Shown here: positions 25,011-36,030 of the stretch, piece by piece
Numbering within the stretch: the first letter of the stretch is position 1
How the letters are laid out: every line of letters starts with the position of its first letter
Assembly: GCF_018350175.1 (NCBI RefSeq)
Contig: NC_058368.1
Location: forward strand, 12,958,001 to 13,022,000
Origin: Felis catus
Taxonomy: Eukaryota
Direction of reading: 5' to 3'
Length of the DNA: 64,000 nt
Translations under genes and position numbers: made by a program
Notes under the pieces: model-generated
What the model saw: the letters and a program-made list of their open reading frames with translations, nothing else
The model's database searches: none
What the model was told of the DNA's origin: nothing

Positions 25011-25427
25011 CTAAGACAAAAATTAGGGAAAGTTAAAAAAAAATGGTCAAAGAGAATATAAAAACCAGGACTCTAGAAGTCAGAATTAAGGAATATGGAC
25101 CCTCCTCATGCTAGCATGAAGGTTCTACCCATCTGAAACCATAGGGCCTTAAGAGTTAAAGAAAGGCTGTCTCAGCCTAGAGGCATCTTATAATCTTTCT
25201 ACCCCAATTAAAACTATAAGGTTTGCAAAATTGAATGTTGGCCCACATTATTCCTATTTCTCTATTTCCTTTCCTGTCCATTTTTCTTCACTAGTCCCAT
25301 CAGTGACTCCTTCAAAGGGGCCTGCCTCACTTCAGGCAACCATCTTAGACCTATGGCCCTGAGTTAGTGCCTTTGTGCCCCTCTTCCACCCCCAGCAACC
25401 TCTACTTTCATGAATGTATTTCCTTAC

Positions 25428-25530
25428 AGTTTAAAACTTTAGAGTCAGTCTTTGCGACTTTTAAAAAAGCAAATAATTCATGGATTATTTGAAGGTGCTT
25501 AGTGAGAAGAGCACTGAGGAGACTTCTTCA
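25428..25530 (-). pseudogene. GPCR exon relic: late VFT
   Basis: TTTCTCTGCTAG| and ACT|GTAAGG; *RSLLSALLTKHLQIIHELFAFLKVAKTDSKVLN. Confidence 0.45.
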
Positions 25531-25984
25531 CTAGCAGAGAAATGTCCACCCACACCCCAGACCCTGACCCCTACCCTGCCATGAGTACATTTATAAAATG
25601 TCATACTTTTCAAATGTAAGACAACAGTAGTTACACAGAATAACACTGATGGAGGGAGTGTCAGGCCAGGTAAAGAATGGTGAACAGATAGGTAGGAGAC
25701 AGGGTGAATGTGATTGAAGAAACACAGGGCAATGTTTGGAGGCTTGTAGAGCATGATGAGATTCTCAGGTCCTATTAGAATTAGCCTCCTTGCTTGCTCA
25801 AACATAAGGCTGACCCTATCTCAAGCCGGTGTGATTCTATCATGGTAAAACCTGGCTAAGTTCCATGACTGTGGAGTCAGAATGCCCAGCACCAAAACTT
25901 GGCCCTTACTAGTGGTGTCACTTTGGGCTAGCTGCTTGACTTCTTCAGCCTAAGGTACTTCATTACTTACGGAAGTCTAGACAG

Positions 25985-26388
25985 CCAGCAAAACAAGGAA
26001 CCAAGCCTGATTTGTAGCATTTGCTAATTTCTGTGTTGTAAGTACCCCTACCTTGACCAATTCCAACTTACCAACGTGATGTCGCCAAGCATGGCGTTGG
26101 GCAGAGACATGCAATCATACGTCATCATATTTCTACCATACAGGTAAGAGTAGATGTAAAAACCTCAAAAAACCTCAAGAGCACAGGATAATAGTACAGT
26201 TTGTAATATAATTGGTGAGTAATAAATTTTAAGTATTAATTGCCCTTTTTTAAAAATGAAACTTAATTGTAAGTATATATAATTTATTGTTTAGTAATGT
26301 GTATTTTTAAAAACTGGATTGCAAAATTCCTGAAAATTTAGCAATAGGCCCTGCTGAGCTGGTGCATGCTGGCTCCAGGACATCTCCA
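25985..26388 (-). mobile_element. MER63 (hAT-Blackjack)
   Basis: GCAAAATTCCTGAAAATTTAGCAAT...GCTGGCTCCAG terminal sequence. Confidence 0.8.
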
Positions 26389-26816
26389 GTATGTACCCTA
26401 GAAGTTCTTAAACACTCCTGATTGGATTTGCATATTTATGCAAACACAAGAAAAGATTTACATTTTGTTCTTGGTCTCCCAGCTTTGACCTCCAGGGAGG
26501 GTAGTCCCATTTTGCCCGGGGCCCTGTTCGGGGATTCATTACCTTTGTGATGTGGGGAGTGGTTTGGTGTCCCAAGTTTCCTTGTTAGGTCCCTGTGCTG
26601 TCATTTCTTGGTGATAACTCATTGGTTTTCTCCCCAAAATAGAAACTCAGTATCTCATTTCATCTTCCAGTTATGCGCCGCTCTTCCAATTAAGCAAAGA
26701 AACAGATATTTACTTCTGTTTTATCTTTTGGATATCCACGTTTATTACACTTATCTGTCTTTTTCTTCACTGATTTCACATTTGTGGGGGTGTATGCATA
26801 CAAGATTACTTTTTTA

Positions 26817-26959
26817 CTTAAAATTTTTTTTTTAATTTAATATATTTTTATAAATTTCTGTCAGCACAGAGCCTGACGTGGGGCTTGAACTCACAAGCCG
26901 CAAGATCATGACCTGAGCCGAAGTCGGACGCTTAACCGACTGAGCCACCCAGGTGCCCC
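26817..26959 (-). mobile_element. Feline Can-SINE with internal deletion
   Basis: Head intact, (CT)n block missing; degenerate TSD. Confidence 0.9.
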
Positions 26960-27139
26960 ATGTAAGACTATTTTTTCAAATATCAGTCTCATTTTCACCT
27001 TGTTAAAGATACTTATTTCTGAAATATTATTTGAACTTGAACATTCTAAAATCATTGTGGTAAATTTTACCTCATATTCAAGACCTTTGTCTTGACAAGA
27101 CCTTTGTCTTTTTCATAATTGTGTGCTCAGCATGTAGTG

Positions 27140-27928
27140 CATTGCTTGGTATATAACATTGAGTTAATTTAAAGTGTGCAACATGTTGTACAACACTTAT
27201 ATGTTGCAAAATGGTCACCACAGTAGCATTAGTTAGCCCTTCCATTACCTATATAATTACCACTTCTTTTTTGTATTGAGAACATTTAAGATCTGTTCTC
27301 TTAGTAACTTTCAAGTATATACTATAGTACTGTTAACTGTAAGCACCATGGTATATATTACATCCCCAGAACTTATTCATCTTATAAATAGAAGTTTGTA
27401 TCCTTTGACCAACACCTCTCTGTTCTTCCCCGCCCCCACCTCCTGGTAACCACCATTCTAGTCTGTTTCTGTGCATTTGGGTTTTTTAGACAAGTGATAT
27501 GATATAGTATTTGTCTTTCTCTGACTGACTTACCACACTTAGCATAATGCTTTCAAGGTCCATCCATGTTGTTGCAAATGACAGAATTTCCTTCTTTCTC
27601 ATGGCTGAATAATATTCCATTGTGTATATATCTCACATTTTCTTTATCTGTTCATACATAGACACAGAAGTAGTTTCCATATCTGGGCTGTTGTGAATAA
27701 TGCTGCAATGAACAGGGGAATGCAGATATCATTTCAAGATGCTGGTTTCATTTCCTTTGAATATGTACCCAGAAGTGAGATTGCTATATAATATGTTAAT
27801 TCTATTTTTAATTATTTAAGGAACCTCCATACTGTTTTCCATAGTGGCTGCACTACACAAGAATTCCTTCTTTCCACATCCTCAACGACACTTGTTATCT
27901 TTTGTCTTTTTCATAATAGCCATCCTGG
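27140..27928 (-). mobile_element. L1 3' region (L1MA9/carnivore-like)
   Basis: GAACATTTAAGATCT...CATCCCCAGAACTTATTCATC...GGAACCTCCATACTGTTTTCCATAGTGGCTGCAC. Confidence 0.9.
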
Positions 27929-27930
27929 TA

Positions 27931-28003
27931 TCACCTCCCAGATAAATACTGTACCCAGGATACTGGCACTGGTTCTGTTTTTTGGGAAACCCAAACTCAC
28001 ACA
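27931..28003 (+). mobile_element. ERVL LTR 3' terminus (LTR16-like)
   Basis: CACCTCCCAGATAAATACT...TTTGGGAAACCCAAACTCACACA. Confidence 0.55.
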
Positions 28004-28018
28004 GGAATATTTATTTTT

Positions 28019-28135
28019 GGGGATGCCTGGGCCTCAATCTGTGGAGCTTGCGACTCTTGATCTCGGGGTCATAAGTTCAAGCCCCACACTGAGTACAGAG
28101 ATTACTTAAATAAACTTTAAAATAAATAAATAAAA
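28019..28135 (+). mobile_element. Old short carnivore SINE
   Basis: GCGACTCTTGATCTCGGGGTC...AGAGATTACTTAAA; TSD AGGAATATTTATTT / AGGAGTATTTATTT. Confidence 0.9.
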
Positions 28136-28149
28136 GGTTTTTTTTTTTT

Positions 28150-28365
28150 TAATTTTTTTTTTCAACGTTTATTTATTTTTGGGACAGAGAGAGACAGAGC
28201 ATGAACGGGGGAGGCGCAGAGAGAGAGGGAGACACAGAATCGGAAACAGGCTCCAGGCCCTGAGCCATCAGCCCAGAGCCTGACGCGGGGCTCGAACTCA
28301 CGGACCGTGAGATCGTGACCTGGCTGAAGTCGGACACTTAACCGACTGCGCCACCCAGGCGCCCC
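28150..28365 (-). mobile_element. Young feline Can-SINE nested in the tail of the older SINE
   Basis: Near-consensus; TSD AAAGG+T-run on both sides. Confidence 0.97.
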
Positions 28366-28429
28366 AAAGGTTTTTTTTTTTTAAGGAGTATTTATTTACT
28401 TACTTAATTTTGTCAAGGTGAATTTCCGT

Positions 28430-28955
28430 TTTTTTCTTTTTCTTTTGAAATAATTCTAACTTCTAAAAAAGCTATACTGAAAGAATAGTACAAAATAACT
28501 CCCGCATTCTCTTTGCCCAAGAGCTCAATCAAGTTTCATCTGTCATCTCAATAACATCCTTCATGGTAAGGCAGCCCAGTGTAGGATCACATGTTGCACC
28601 TATGTCATGTCTCCTGAGTCTCTTTCAAACTGGAGCAGTTCTTCAATTTTCTTTCACTGTCATGGCCTTGTCTTTTTAAATATACGCCATTTTATAGGCT
28701 TCCTTCAGTTTAGGTTTGTTCAATGTTTCCTCATGATTAGACTCAGGTTTTTCATCTTTGACTGAAATACCACAGAAGTGGCCCTGTGTTCTTCTTATTA
28801 TGTCCTATCTGGTGGCACACAATGTCAACTTATCATATTACCTGTGGTATTAACTTTAATTATGTGGTTAAGATGATGTCTGCTGCCTAGTTTCTCCAAA
28901 GTAAATTTGCTTTTTTCCTTTCCTCTAATTAATAAAATATTTTATGAGGAGATAC
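28430..28955 (-). mobile_element. L1MC4/5-like 3' end
   Basis: GGATCACATGTTGCA...TTTCCTCATGATTAGACTCAGG...TACCACAGAAGTG. Confidence 0.75.
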
Positions 28956-28960
28956 TCTGG

Positions 28961-29037
28961 CAAGGCTGGTTCATGACTGTATCACCTGTGCAGTTACATA
29001 GGGTCCTGTGCTTAGAAAGATCCCAGACTTGGTTTTC
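28961..29037 (+). mobile_element. MER45-like (hAT-Tip100) fragment
   Basis: CAAGGCTGGTTCATG...CCTGTGCAGTTACATAGGGTCCTGTGCTTAGAA. Confidence 0.65.
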
Positions 29038-29132
29038 TTTTTGCTTGGTTCCCACAAGGAAGGAAAGAAGGGAGGGAGGGAGGAAAGGAAAATAAGGTGG
29101 GGAGGAAACAGGCATACATTTAATTTTCTCTA

Positions 29133-29262
29133 ATTTTTTAAATTGAGGTGAAACACATCTAAAATTTGCTATATTAACTATTTGTAAGTGTACAATTCAG
29201 TGGTATTAAGTACTTTCATATTGTTTTGTAACCATCACCACCATATTCCTTGGAGACTTTCA
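29133..29262 (-). mobile_element. L1MB-like 3' terminus
   Basis: TAAGTGTACAATTCAGTGGTATTAAGTAC...AACCATCACCAC. Confidence 0.75.
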
Positions 29263-29279
29263 TTGCTGTCTTCACATTT

Positions 29280-29484
29280 AAAAAAAAAATGTTTATTCAT
29301 TTTTGACAGAGAGAGTGTATGTGAGCTGGGGAAGGGGCAGAGAGGGGGAGACACAGAATCCGAAGCAGGCTCCAGGCTCTCAGCTGTCAACACAGAGCCC
29401 GACACGGGGCCCGAACCCACAAGCTGTGAGATCATGACCCGAGCCAAAGTCGGATGCCCAACCAACCGAGCTGCCCAGGTGCCC
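29280..29484 (-). mobile_element. Feline Can-SINE
   Basis: Perfect TSD TGCTGTCTTCACATTT. Confidence 0.97.
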
Positions 29485-29509
29485 TGCTGTCTTCACATTT
29501 TAAGTAGTA

Positions 29510-29895
29510 GTCACCTTCTTCATTCTTTACTAACTGCTGTCTCCATCGTGTCCAAACACCTATAGTTTTGCTCCAGCGGTGTGCTGGAATTTCTCTGCTG
29601 GAAATCTAGACTTCCACAGAAGGTCTCTTGTTGAACTGTGTTGTCCGGGGCCTCTGGACCGTAGCCGAGAGGGGCTGGAGCTGGTTCATGGGCCATTGCA
29701 ATATCCACAACCAGGAGTGAGTCTATATCCCTATTATCTGATGCATGAATGGATGAGATTCCTCCTGGGTGCCCTGGCATATGGTGCTGGATTCCACAGC
29801 TCCCATATAGACACTTTTGTCTGTGAGTGGATACCAAATTGTTATTGTTGAAGGACGTACAAACAAGGGACCTCTTAGCCATGATGCTTGACACT
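29510..29895 (-). mobile_element. Old L1 5' UTR terminus (L1M2/L1M3-like)
   Basis: GAGAGGGGCTGGAGCTGGTTCA...TATGGTGCTGGATTCCACAGCTCCCA...CACTTTTGTCTGTG. Confidence 0.7.
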
Positions 29896-30014
29896 TAAAA
29901 TTATTGAATGATTAGATGGTTGTATATTATTCTATGTCCAAAATAAGCAATATTTTTTTTCTAAAAAATTTAGAAGGTTTTCTTCCTGACTTTCCTTTTC
30001 TGTTTTTCTTAAGG

Positions 30015-30445
30015 TACCACTTACTTTTTTTGTCACCTAAGCTCAAGTCCTCTCAATTGTCTCTTAAGCATTCATCTCCTCACCCCTGACCTTTACCAAC
30101 TTTAGTAACTTCAGCTGTCCCTCCTCTACCCATTTATATCTTTTCTAACTGCTGCCTCTGGCCTAGCTCATACCCTAATCACCTTTCACTGGACGACTGC
30201 TATTTGTCTTCTAATTAGTTTTCCCACCTCCAGTCTCATTCCACATTAATCCATCTTCCTGGTTCCAGAGAAACTCTCCTGAAGCACAGGTCAGATCATA
30301 CCATGTCCTTTAAAACAGACCAGATGGTTCTGACACCATCAGGACAAAATCCAAATCCCTCATGTGCCATTTAGGCCCTTCTACAATCTGGCCTCAATCT
30401 GCCCATCCACCCTTTCCTCTCAGCAATTCCTTCTACATTTGACAT
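30015..30445 (+). mobile_element. L2 fragment
   Basis: TCAGATCATACCA...CAGGACAAAATCCAAATCCCT...GGCCCTTCTACAATCTGGCC. Confidence 0.75.
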
Positions 30446-30447
30446 GC

Positions 30448-30600
30448 CAATGTTTCCCAGGTGAATTCCTCAGAAGAGTATTTCCTCAGAAATTAATAGA
30501 TGCTATGTTGAACACATTTCCCATGGCCAAATAGGCTGGAATAACAATGCTGGCCTAAACAGATCTTGGTGGGACTCCTCAGAGCCAAGCTATGTTGAAA
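30448..30600 (+). mobile_element. MER103-like (hAT-Charlie) fragment
   Basis: CAATGTTTCCCA...TTAATAGATG...CCATGGCCAAATA...GGACTCCTCAGAGCC. Confidence 0.6.
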
Positions 30601-30614
30601 AATATGACTCAACA

Positions 30615-30825
30615 ATATATATACGCTTTGGGATATATTAGATAAAACTGTAGAGAAAAACAAGGGGATGCTGAATAAAAAATTCAGGGTAGTAGTTATC
30701 TTATGTGGGAAGGAGGAAAGTGTGACAAGGGAAGTGTATATAGGGGGCTTTAATGATGTTGGGAATTGCCCTATAGCTTAAGCAAGGTAGTGTATACATG
30801 GGTGCATGTTATTTGTTGTTGTTTA
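30615..30825 (+). mobile_element. L1ME 3' fragment
   Basis: AAATTCAGGGTAGTAGTTA...GGGGGCTTTAATGATGTTGG. Confidence 0.7.
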
Positions 30826-30827
30826 TC

Positions 30828-31110
30828 CTTTTCTTTTCACATTTTAACATCTTTGAAATCAGGATAGTCTGACAATTGCTGAAAGTCAGTGACAATTGTG
30901 ATGTAGTTGTTTTTACCTTAGAAATATCCTAACCAATTTCTTTTACTCATATTCTCTTTTTTTTTGTACGCATAAGAGTGACATATGACAAAAATCCAAG
31001 TCTGAAAGACCTCTTTCATTAAGTACAAAATAAAAATCTCAATGGCAAGAAAAAGTCATCCATAAGTTTTTAACAGTATCTCTATTCCAGTTTGATGGCA
31101 ACTTAAGGAT
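30828..31110. mobile_element. TcMar-Tc2 (MER104/Kanga-like) fragment
   Basis: TTTTCACATTTTAACATCTTTGAAATCAGGAT. Confidence 0.55.
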
Positions 31111-31287
31111 ATTCGTGACTGAAGCATATTTCTACATGGTCAATGTAGAGCATAAAGATGACTGTTAAAATAGCAAGCTCAGTATCTCACACAAAGTAAG
31201 TACACACTAAATACTGTTGATTGACTTTCTAGTGACTGTTAATAATCAACTCAAATGACCCTGTACCATTCTTCACCAAATCTGGCC

Positions 31288-31291
<4 letters not shown>

Positions 31292-31331
<40 letters not shown>
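31292..31331. repeat. (CA)n microsatellite
   Basis: Directly visible. Confidence 0.97.
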
Positions 31332-31335
<4 letters not shown>

Positions 31336-31354
31336 TAATGATTGGAAAACTTAC

Positions 31355-31896
31355 TTTGGTAAATGTCTGACCTGATAAGGCAGTCCACATTTATGAGCTA
31401 ATGGGAAAAGACTACAAGGAATCTTAAACTCAACCTGACCTTGCCCTTCTCTTAACTCCTGCTATGATTAGTTGTATGACACTAATTACTTCTGTTCTTA
31501 ATATCAAATTCATAATGTCCTTAAGGAACTGTGGCTTCTGTTTGTTATTATATATGAAGCTGTGCATATAGTGGTACTTAATCTGTTGTTTGATTAATGA
31601 TTTTGTTTGTATAAGTGGCACATTAATCACATCCTCAGAATATAGGGTTTGGCTTGTGACTCAACTCTGTGTATTGCCACAAGACCTTAAAATTCTATGC
31701 ATGAATCTAAATTGCAACCATTCTCTAATACGTGATTCTTATTTATTTGGCTTATGGTCAGTAAATCAAAAGAGATTGAAAGTTGGATAAACTGATATAT
31801 AAGGAAATTTCCATTTTCTGTGTTACTGACCTTCAAGCTAAAAGTGTTGGTTTTTCTAGTAGTAAGCCCAGTAGTAGACACACATTGGAACTGGAC
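31355..31896 (-). pseudogene. GPCR exon relic: VFT core (ANF_receptor-like)
   Basis: CCTGTAG| and AAA|GTAAGT; ordered motifs (G)P/SSSNVC..TLLA, KWKFPYIS, RMV, S*VTSQTLYSEDV, HSF..LKDIMNLILRTEVISVIQL, FPLAHKCGL. Confidence 0.7.
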
Positions 31897-32146
31897 CTAC
31901 AGGACATACCCAGAATCTAAATATGACCGAATGTGGCCTTCTCAGGTTCACGTAGAACCTTCTCAGGTTTACTATATGTGCTGATCACTACTTTCTATGG
32001 AAATGTAAGTCTCTAATTATAGAGTCGGCCATAACTCTTCAGTCTTTCTCACTGTTGACTTCTGTTTTTTAATTACACATTTTTCATCTTTTGAAAGATC
32101 TATTTCTTAGTTCACTCTCAATCTCTATTTCTGTTATTCACAGTAC

Positions 32147-32365
32147 CAGTGTGGCACTAAGTCCTCAGTAATGACTTATTGAAATCTCATCCTAATCATG
32201 TGTGAGGTAAAGGCGTAGGGTAATATGTTCTATCCCTCGACTGTTTGGCACCATGAAAGGAAGATTATTTAGAAGGGGAAATTCTATTTTCTTCTTACTT
32301 CTCATATCTTTATTACCCCTAAACCTAGACCAGAAATCTTGAGATTGCTGTATTTGCCATTTGTT
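32147..32365 (-). pseudogene. GPCR exon relic: VFT lobe I
   Basis: CATTTCTTTAG| acceptor, CTG|GTACTG donor; 219 nt; QMANTAISRFLV ... GLSATL just before GP of the next exon; an internal GAA|GTAAGA at 32299 makes the structure ambiguous. Confidence 0.4.
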
Positions 32366-32873
32366 CTAAAGAAATGATAAATCCTGAGACATATTTTACT
32401 GCCCCAAGTTAGTACATATCAAGAATTAAATCTCCCCAAGACAAATAAGATAGATGAAAAGTTAATTGTGAATGTAGCTCATTTAAAAAATTACACTTAA
32501 AGCCACAGCCAAAAATACTTTTCTTAGTGAAGGAGACATCATATAGTTGTCATGTAAAATTTTAGAATGAAGAGTTCTTATAGATTTAATTCATTCTAAT
32601 ATGAATAGAATTAATTGCTTCTATGGTTAATTCAAATGTTAGCAGTAATCATCCTGATAGGGATTATTTAGAACAAAAAGACAATGAAGAACAAGCTATA
32701 ATATCACTTGGCTGTCTCTAAAGACCATAGTTAAAAGCATCAACTATTTAATCTTCTTATTTTTTTATGAAATAATTTTCAAAATGAATATTTTAGGTCA
32801 GTGATCCAATTTAAATCCTATTAAAAAGCAAGAAAAGCATGTAGTCAGAAATAATTCTTCTGCTATATCTTAT

Positions 32874-33167
32874 GTTACACTCAAGGCCTTTCACAAATTT
32901 TTGAAAAGTATTTGGGAATCAGAGTATCACACAAAAAAAATTCTTTCTCTTTTTTATGGCATGCTGATGTTATATGTTACTTTCTCCCTGACAGCTCCTA
33001 TAATGGAAAGCCTTTAATGTGTTTGGAATAAAGAATTCTAGATAATAAAATTTCATTCTCTTTCTAAGGATACGCTGAAAGTCAGAGAGGGTAAAATAAT
33101 CAAGTATTAAACTACTCAAAGAACTCCCCCAAATATTTCCACTAAGATTGATTTGCACTGTGTTTAT
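32874..33167 (-). pseudogene. GPCR exon relic: VFT N-terminus
   Basis: Strong acceptor TTTTTCTTTTCAG|; 65 open codons INTVQINLSGNI.../LGEFF (cf. GDIILGGLF), LKAF/IIGAVRE, LIPKY/..KGLECN. Confidence 0.55.
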
Positions 33168-33566
33168 CTGAAAAGAAAAAAGTTAAATTGACTAGTTCAG
33201 CATTTATTTTATAAGAAGGATGAGTATCTGCTGAACAGCCTATTAAAAAAGAAAGACACACTGCAGATTGGAGGTTCAGTGTTTTAGAACGTGTTCCATG
33301 GTGTTAAGGACCCATAGACCAGGATTTAGTGGCTAATAGCCCTGGAGTTCCAGGAAACTCTAACTTAAGTACCAGAGGAACTCTGGTTATCTGTAATTTC
33401 TGATGTGGCTCACTGGTTGCTCCATGATCTAGAAAGCTTGCTATAAATTGAATCCTAGTTCTTGTGGAGATTGTTCACTCTACAGAATTAGCAGGGAAAG
33501 TCTTAATAGTTCCAGAGAAGGTGGGAAATTATTAAGCCTTGCTTATTCCTCTTTTGTAATGATCTG

Positions 33567-33673
33567 TGTTCAGTCAGGATTCTCCAGAGAAATGAAACTC
33601 ATAAAAGTTATATTTGAACTAAAATACAGACGTTAGAAATAATATATAACAACTAATATATATAATATGCATG

Positions 33674-33715
<42 letters not shown>

Positions 33716-34229
33716 CCTATAGAGAGAGAGAGGCAGACATAGAGATAGAAGTTTATTATAAGGAATTGGTTTATGTCATTATGGAGGCTGAGAAGTCCTA
33801 AGATATATAATAAGTAATCTGGAGACCCAGAAGAGCCAATGATATAGCTCCAGTTCAAGTCCAAACACCTGAGAAACAGGAGAGCTGATAGCCTAAGTTC
33901 CAGTCCAAAATCCAGCATACTTGAGACCCAAGAAGAGCTTACATTTTATTTTCATTCCAAAGGTAGGAAAACACTAATATCTCAAATCAACCATCAGACA
34001 GGAGGAGTGCCCTCTTACTCAGGGGAGGTTAGCACTTTTGTTCTATTCAAGTCTTCAGAGAATTGGGTGAGGGCCACCACATTAAGGAGGGCAATCTGCT
34101 TTATTCAGTCTACTGATTCAAATGATACTATCATCCAGAAATACCCTCACAGATACACCCCAAAAATGTTTGACCGAATATCTGATCATCCCATAACCCA
34201 CTCAAGTTGAAACAAAATTAACCATTACA
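33567..34229 (-). mobile_element. MLT2B-like ERVL solo LTR containing (CTAT)n
   Basis: AGTCAGGATTCTCCAGAGAAA...TATAAGGAATTGG...AAAATTAACCATTACA; candidate TSD ATCTG. Confidence 0.9.
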
Positions 34230-35309
34230 ATCTGATTCTATTTATGGACTTTTCTCATGTTGCCTGAAAGACACTGAAATTATTATATACATTCTACAGT
34301 CATGATTTAAAAAGAATTGAAAACAGGGCTTTCTGTAGACTTATTAATGTTTTAGACCTGGAAGAAACCTTAGAAATGTTTAGTCCAATTCTCTTGTTTT
34401 AATTCCCCAAAGATAATGCTCTTGGGGTCCCTGAGGTAACAAGAAACCAAGCTGGTCCCTCTCCTCCTGCTTTTAGGCTAGGGCTTCTCCCACAATCCAC
34501 AGGACTTCTAAAGTCAAGGAAGGTGTCATTTAGGGAGAGGCTTGCCTTCTCTTTCACCTGTTCCTGCTCTTCCCTCTTCCTCTTTCTTTACTTCTTTCTC
34601 CCTTTTGCTCCTCCTCTTTTTCTTCCCCTTTCTCCTCTTCCTGCTCTGTCTCCTTTTTTTTTTTCCTGGTGTGGAAAAACTTAGCAATTAGAATAAATAG
34701 AAAACAAAGCATGCTTCTTTAACTTAAGTTTGTCCATTTTCAGCCTGAAGACAAAGACTGTTAGTCATCTCTATGTGACAGATCATTTTATGAGCCAACA
34801 TCTTGGACATGTAACCAAAATAACAATGGTCTTAGGACTTAGAAAATGCATACATGGTGCCCCTTTGATTAGGGTTGGCATACTACAGGAAAGATTCTTT
34901 GGGGCATTTGCTCATTAAAATTAACATTTGATGAGCACAAACTATATGTTGGGTACTATGTCAAACACTTTAGCTCAGTTAGAAGGAGAGACGTCTTAGA
35001 AGTTCTGTTCTAAAAATGTAGTAAACTTTCACCTTTTCTGCAAGTGGGTAAGAATTATAGACCAGAAACCATGGCAATAATATATAATAATATATAATAT
35101 ATATGTATGTATATGATTTCTCAAGTTATGTTATCTCCATGTTTGGTATTATTATATTACTTATTATTGTTATTCTTTTTACTATTTTATTATTGCTTCT
35201 TTGCCATATTCATTAATTCTCTTGTTTATTCATTTATCTAGTTACCCAATTCCCTAACATTCACTTAGTTCCTATTGTGCACTAGGCATGTATTAAAAAT
35301 GCACAGATA

Positions 35310-35505
35310 GAGGCACCTGAGTGGTTCAGTCAATTAAGCATCCGACTCTTGATTTTGGCTTAGGTCATGATCTCATGGTTTGTGAGTTTGTTCGAACCCC
35401 ATGTCAGGCTCTGTGCTGTTATTGTGGAGACTGCTTGGGATTCTCTCTCTCCCCACCTCTCTCTACCACTCCCCTGGTTGCTCTTTCTCTTTCTCTAAAA
35501 AAAAT
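35310..35505 (+). mobile_element. Can-SINE (older)
   Basis: TSD AATGCACAGATA / AATATACAGATA. Confidence 0.93.
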
Positions 35506-35549
35506 AATATACAGATAAATAGGATAGAATTTTCTCTCAAAAAAAAGTT

Positions 35550-36030
35550 AATAAGCATAATGGTTAAGAATTTGGACTCTGAAATTGGATGGATGGTGTT
35601 TGAAACCCAGTTTTTGTCCCTTACTTAGAAGTTAACATCTCAGATTTAAATTAAAAAAAGTTAATGTCTCACCTTTTTTTTTTAAGTTTATTTTTATTTA
35701 TTTTGAGAGAAATATAGACAGCAAGTGGAGGAGGGACAGAGAGAGAATCCCAAGCAGGCTCCATGCACTGTCAGTGCAGAGCCTGTTGTGGGGCTCAAAC
35801 TCACAAACCATGAGATCATGACCTGAGCCAAAGTCAAGAGTCAGACACACTTAACCAACTGAGCCACCCAGGTGCTCCTAGAAGTTAACATCTTTAAACC
35901 TCGATTTGCTCGTGTGTAAAGTGGGGATTAATAGGTCTGTAGTGATGATTAAAGTACATGGAAAGAGTTTGGCAGAGTATTTGGCACATAGTAAGCACTT
36001 ATGAATGCTCATCATTATTTTTATTATTGA
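35550..36030 (+). mobile_element. MIR interrupted by a SINE
   Basis: AGCATAATGGTTAAGA...GTGTAAAGTGGGGATTAATA...TGGCACATAGTAAGCACT. Confidence 0.8.
35674..35878 (-). mobile_element. Can-SINE
   Basis: TSD TAGAAGTTAACATCT. Confidence 0.95.

Larger units (their letters stand above)
19675..33167 (-). pseudogene. Unprocessed pseudogene of a class C GPCR (Venus flytrap + GABA-B-like 7TM)
   Basis: About ten minus-strand exon relics, mostly with AG/GT boundaries, whose corrected translations follow the VFT-stalk-TM1..7-tail order; several stops/frameshifts per exon; alignments by eye. Confidence 0.7.

Noticed and set aside
31700..31770. LTISQINKNHVL..LD resembling a VFT N-terminal helix
   Set aside because: Out of order relative to the GP / W.FP.IS / LYSED series in the same exon.
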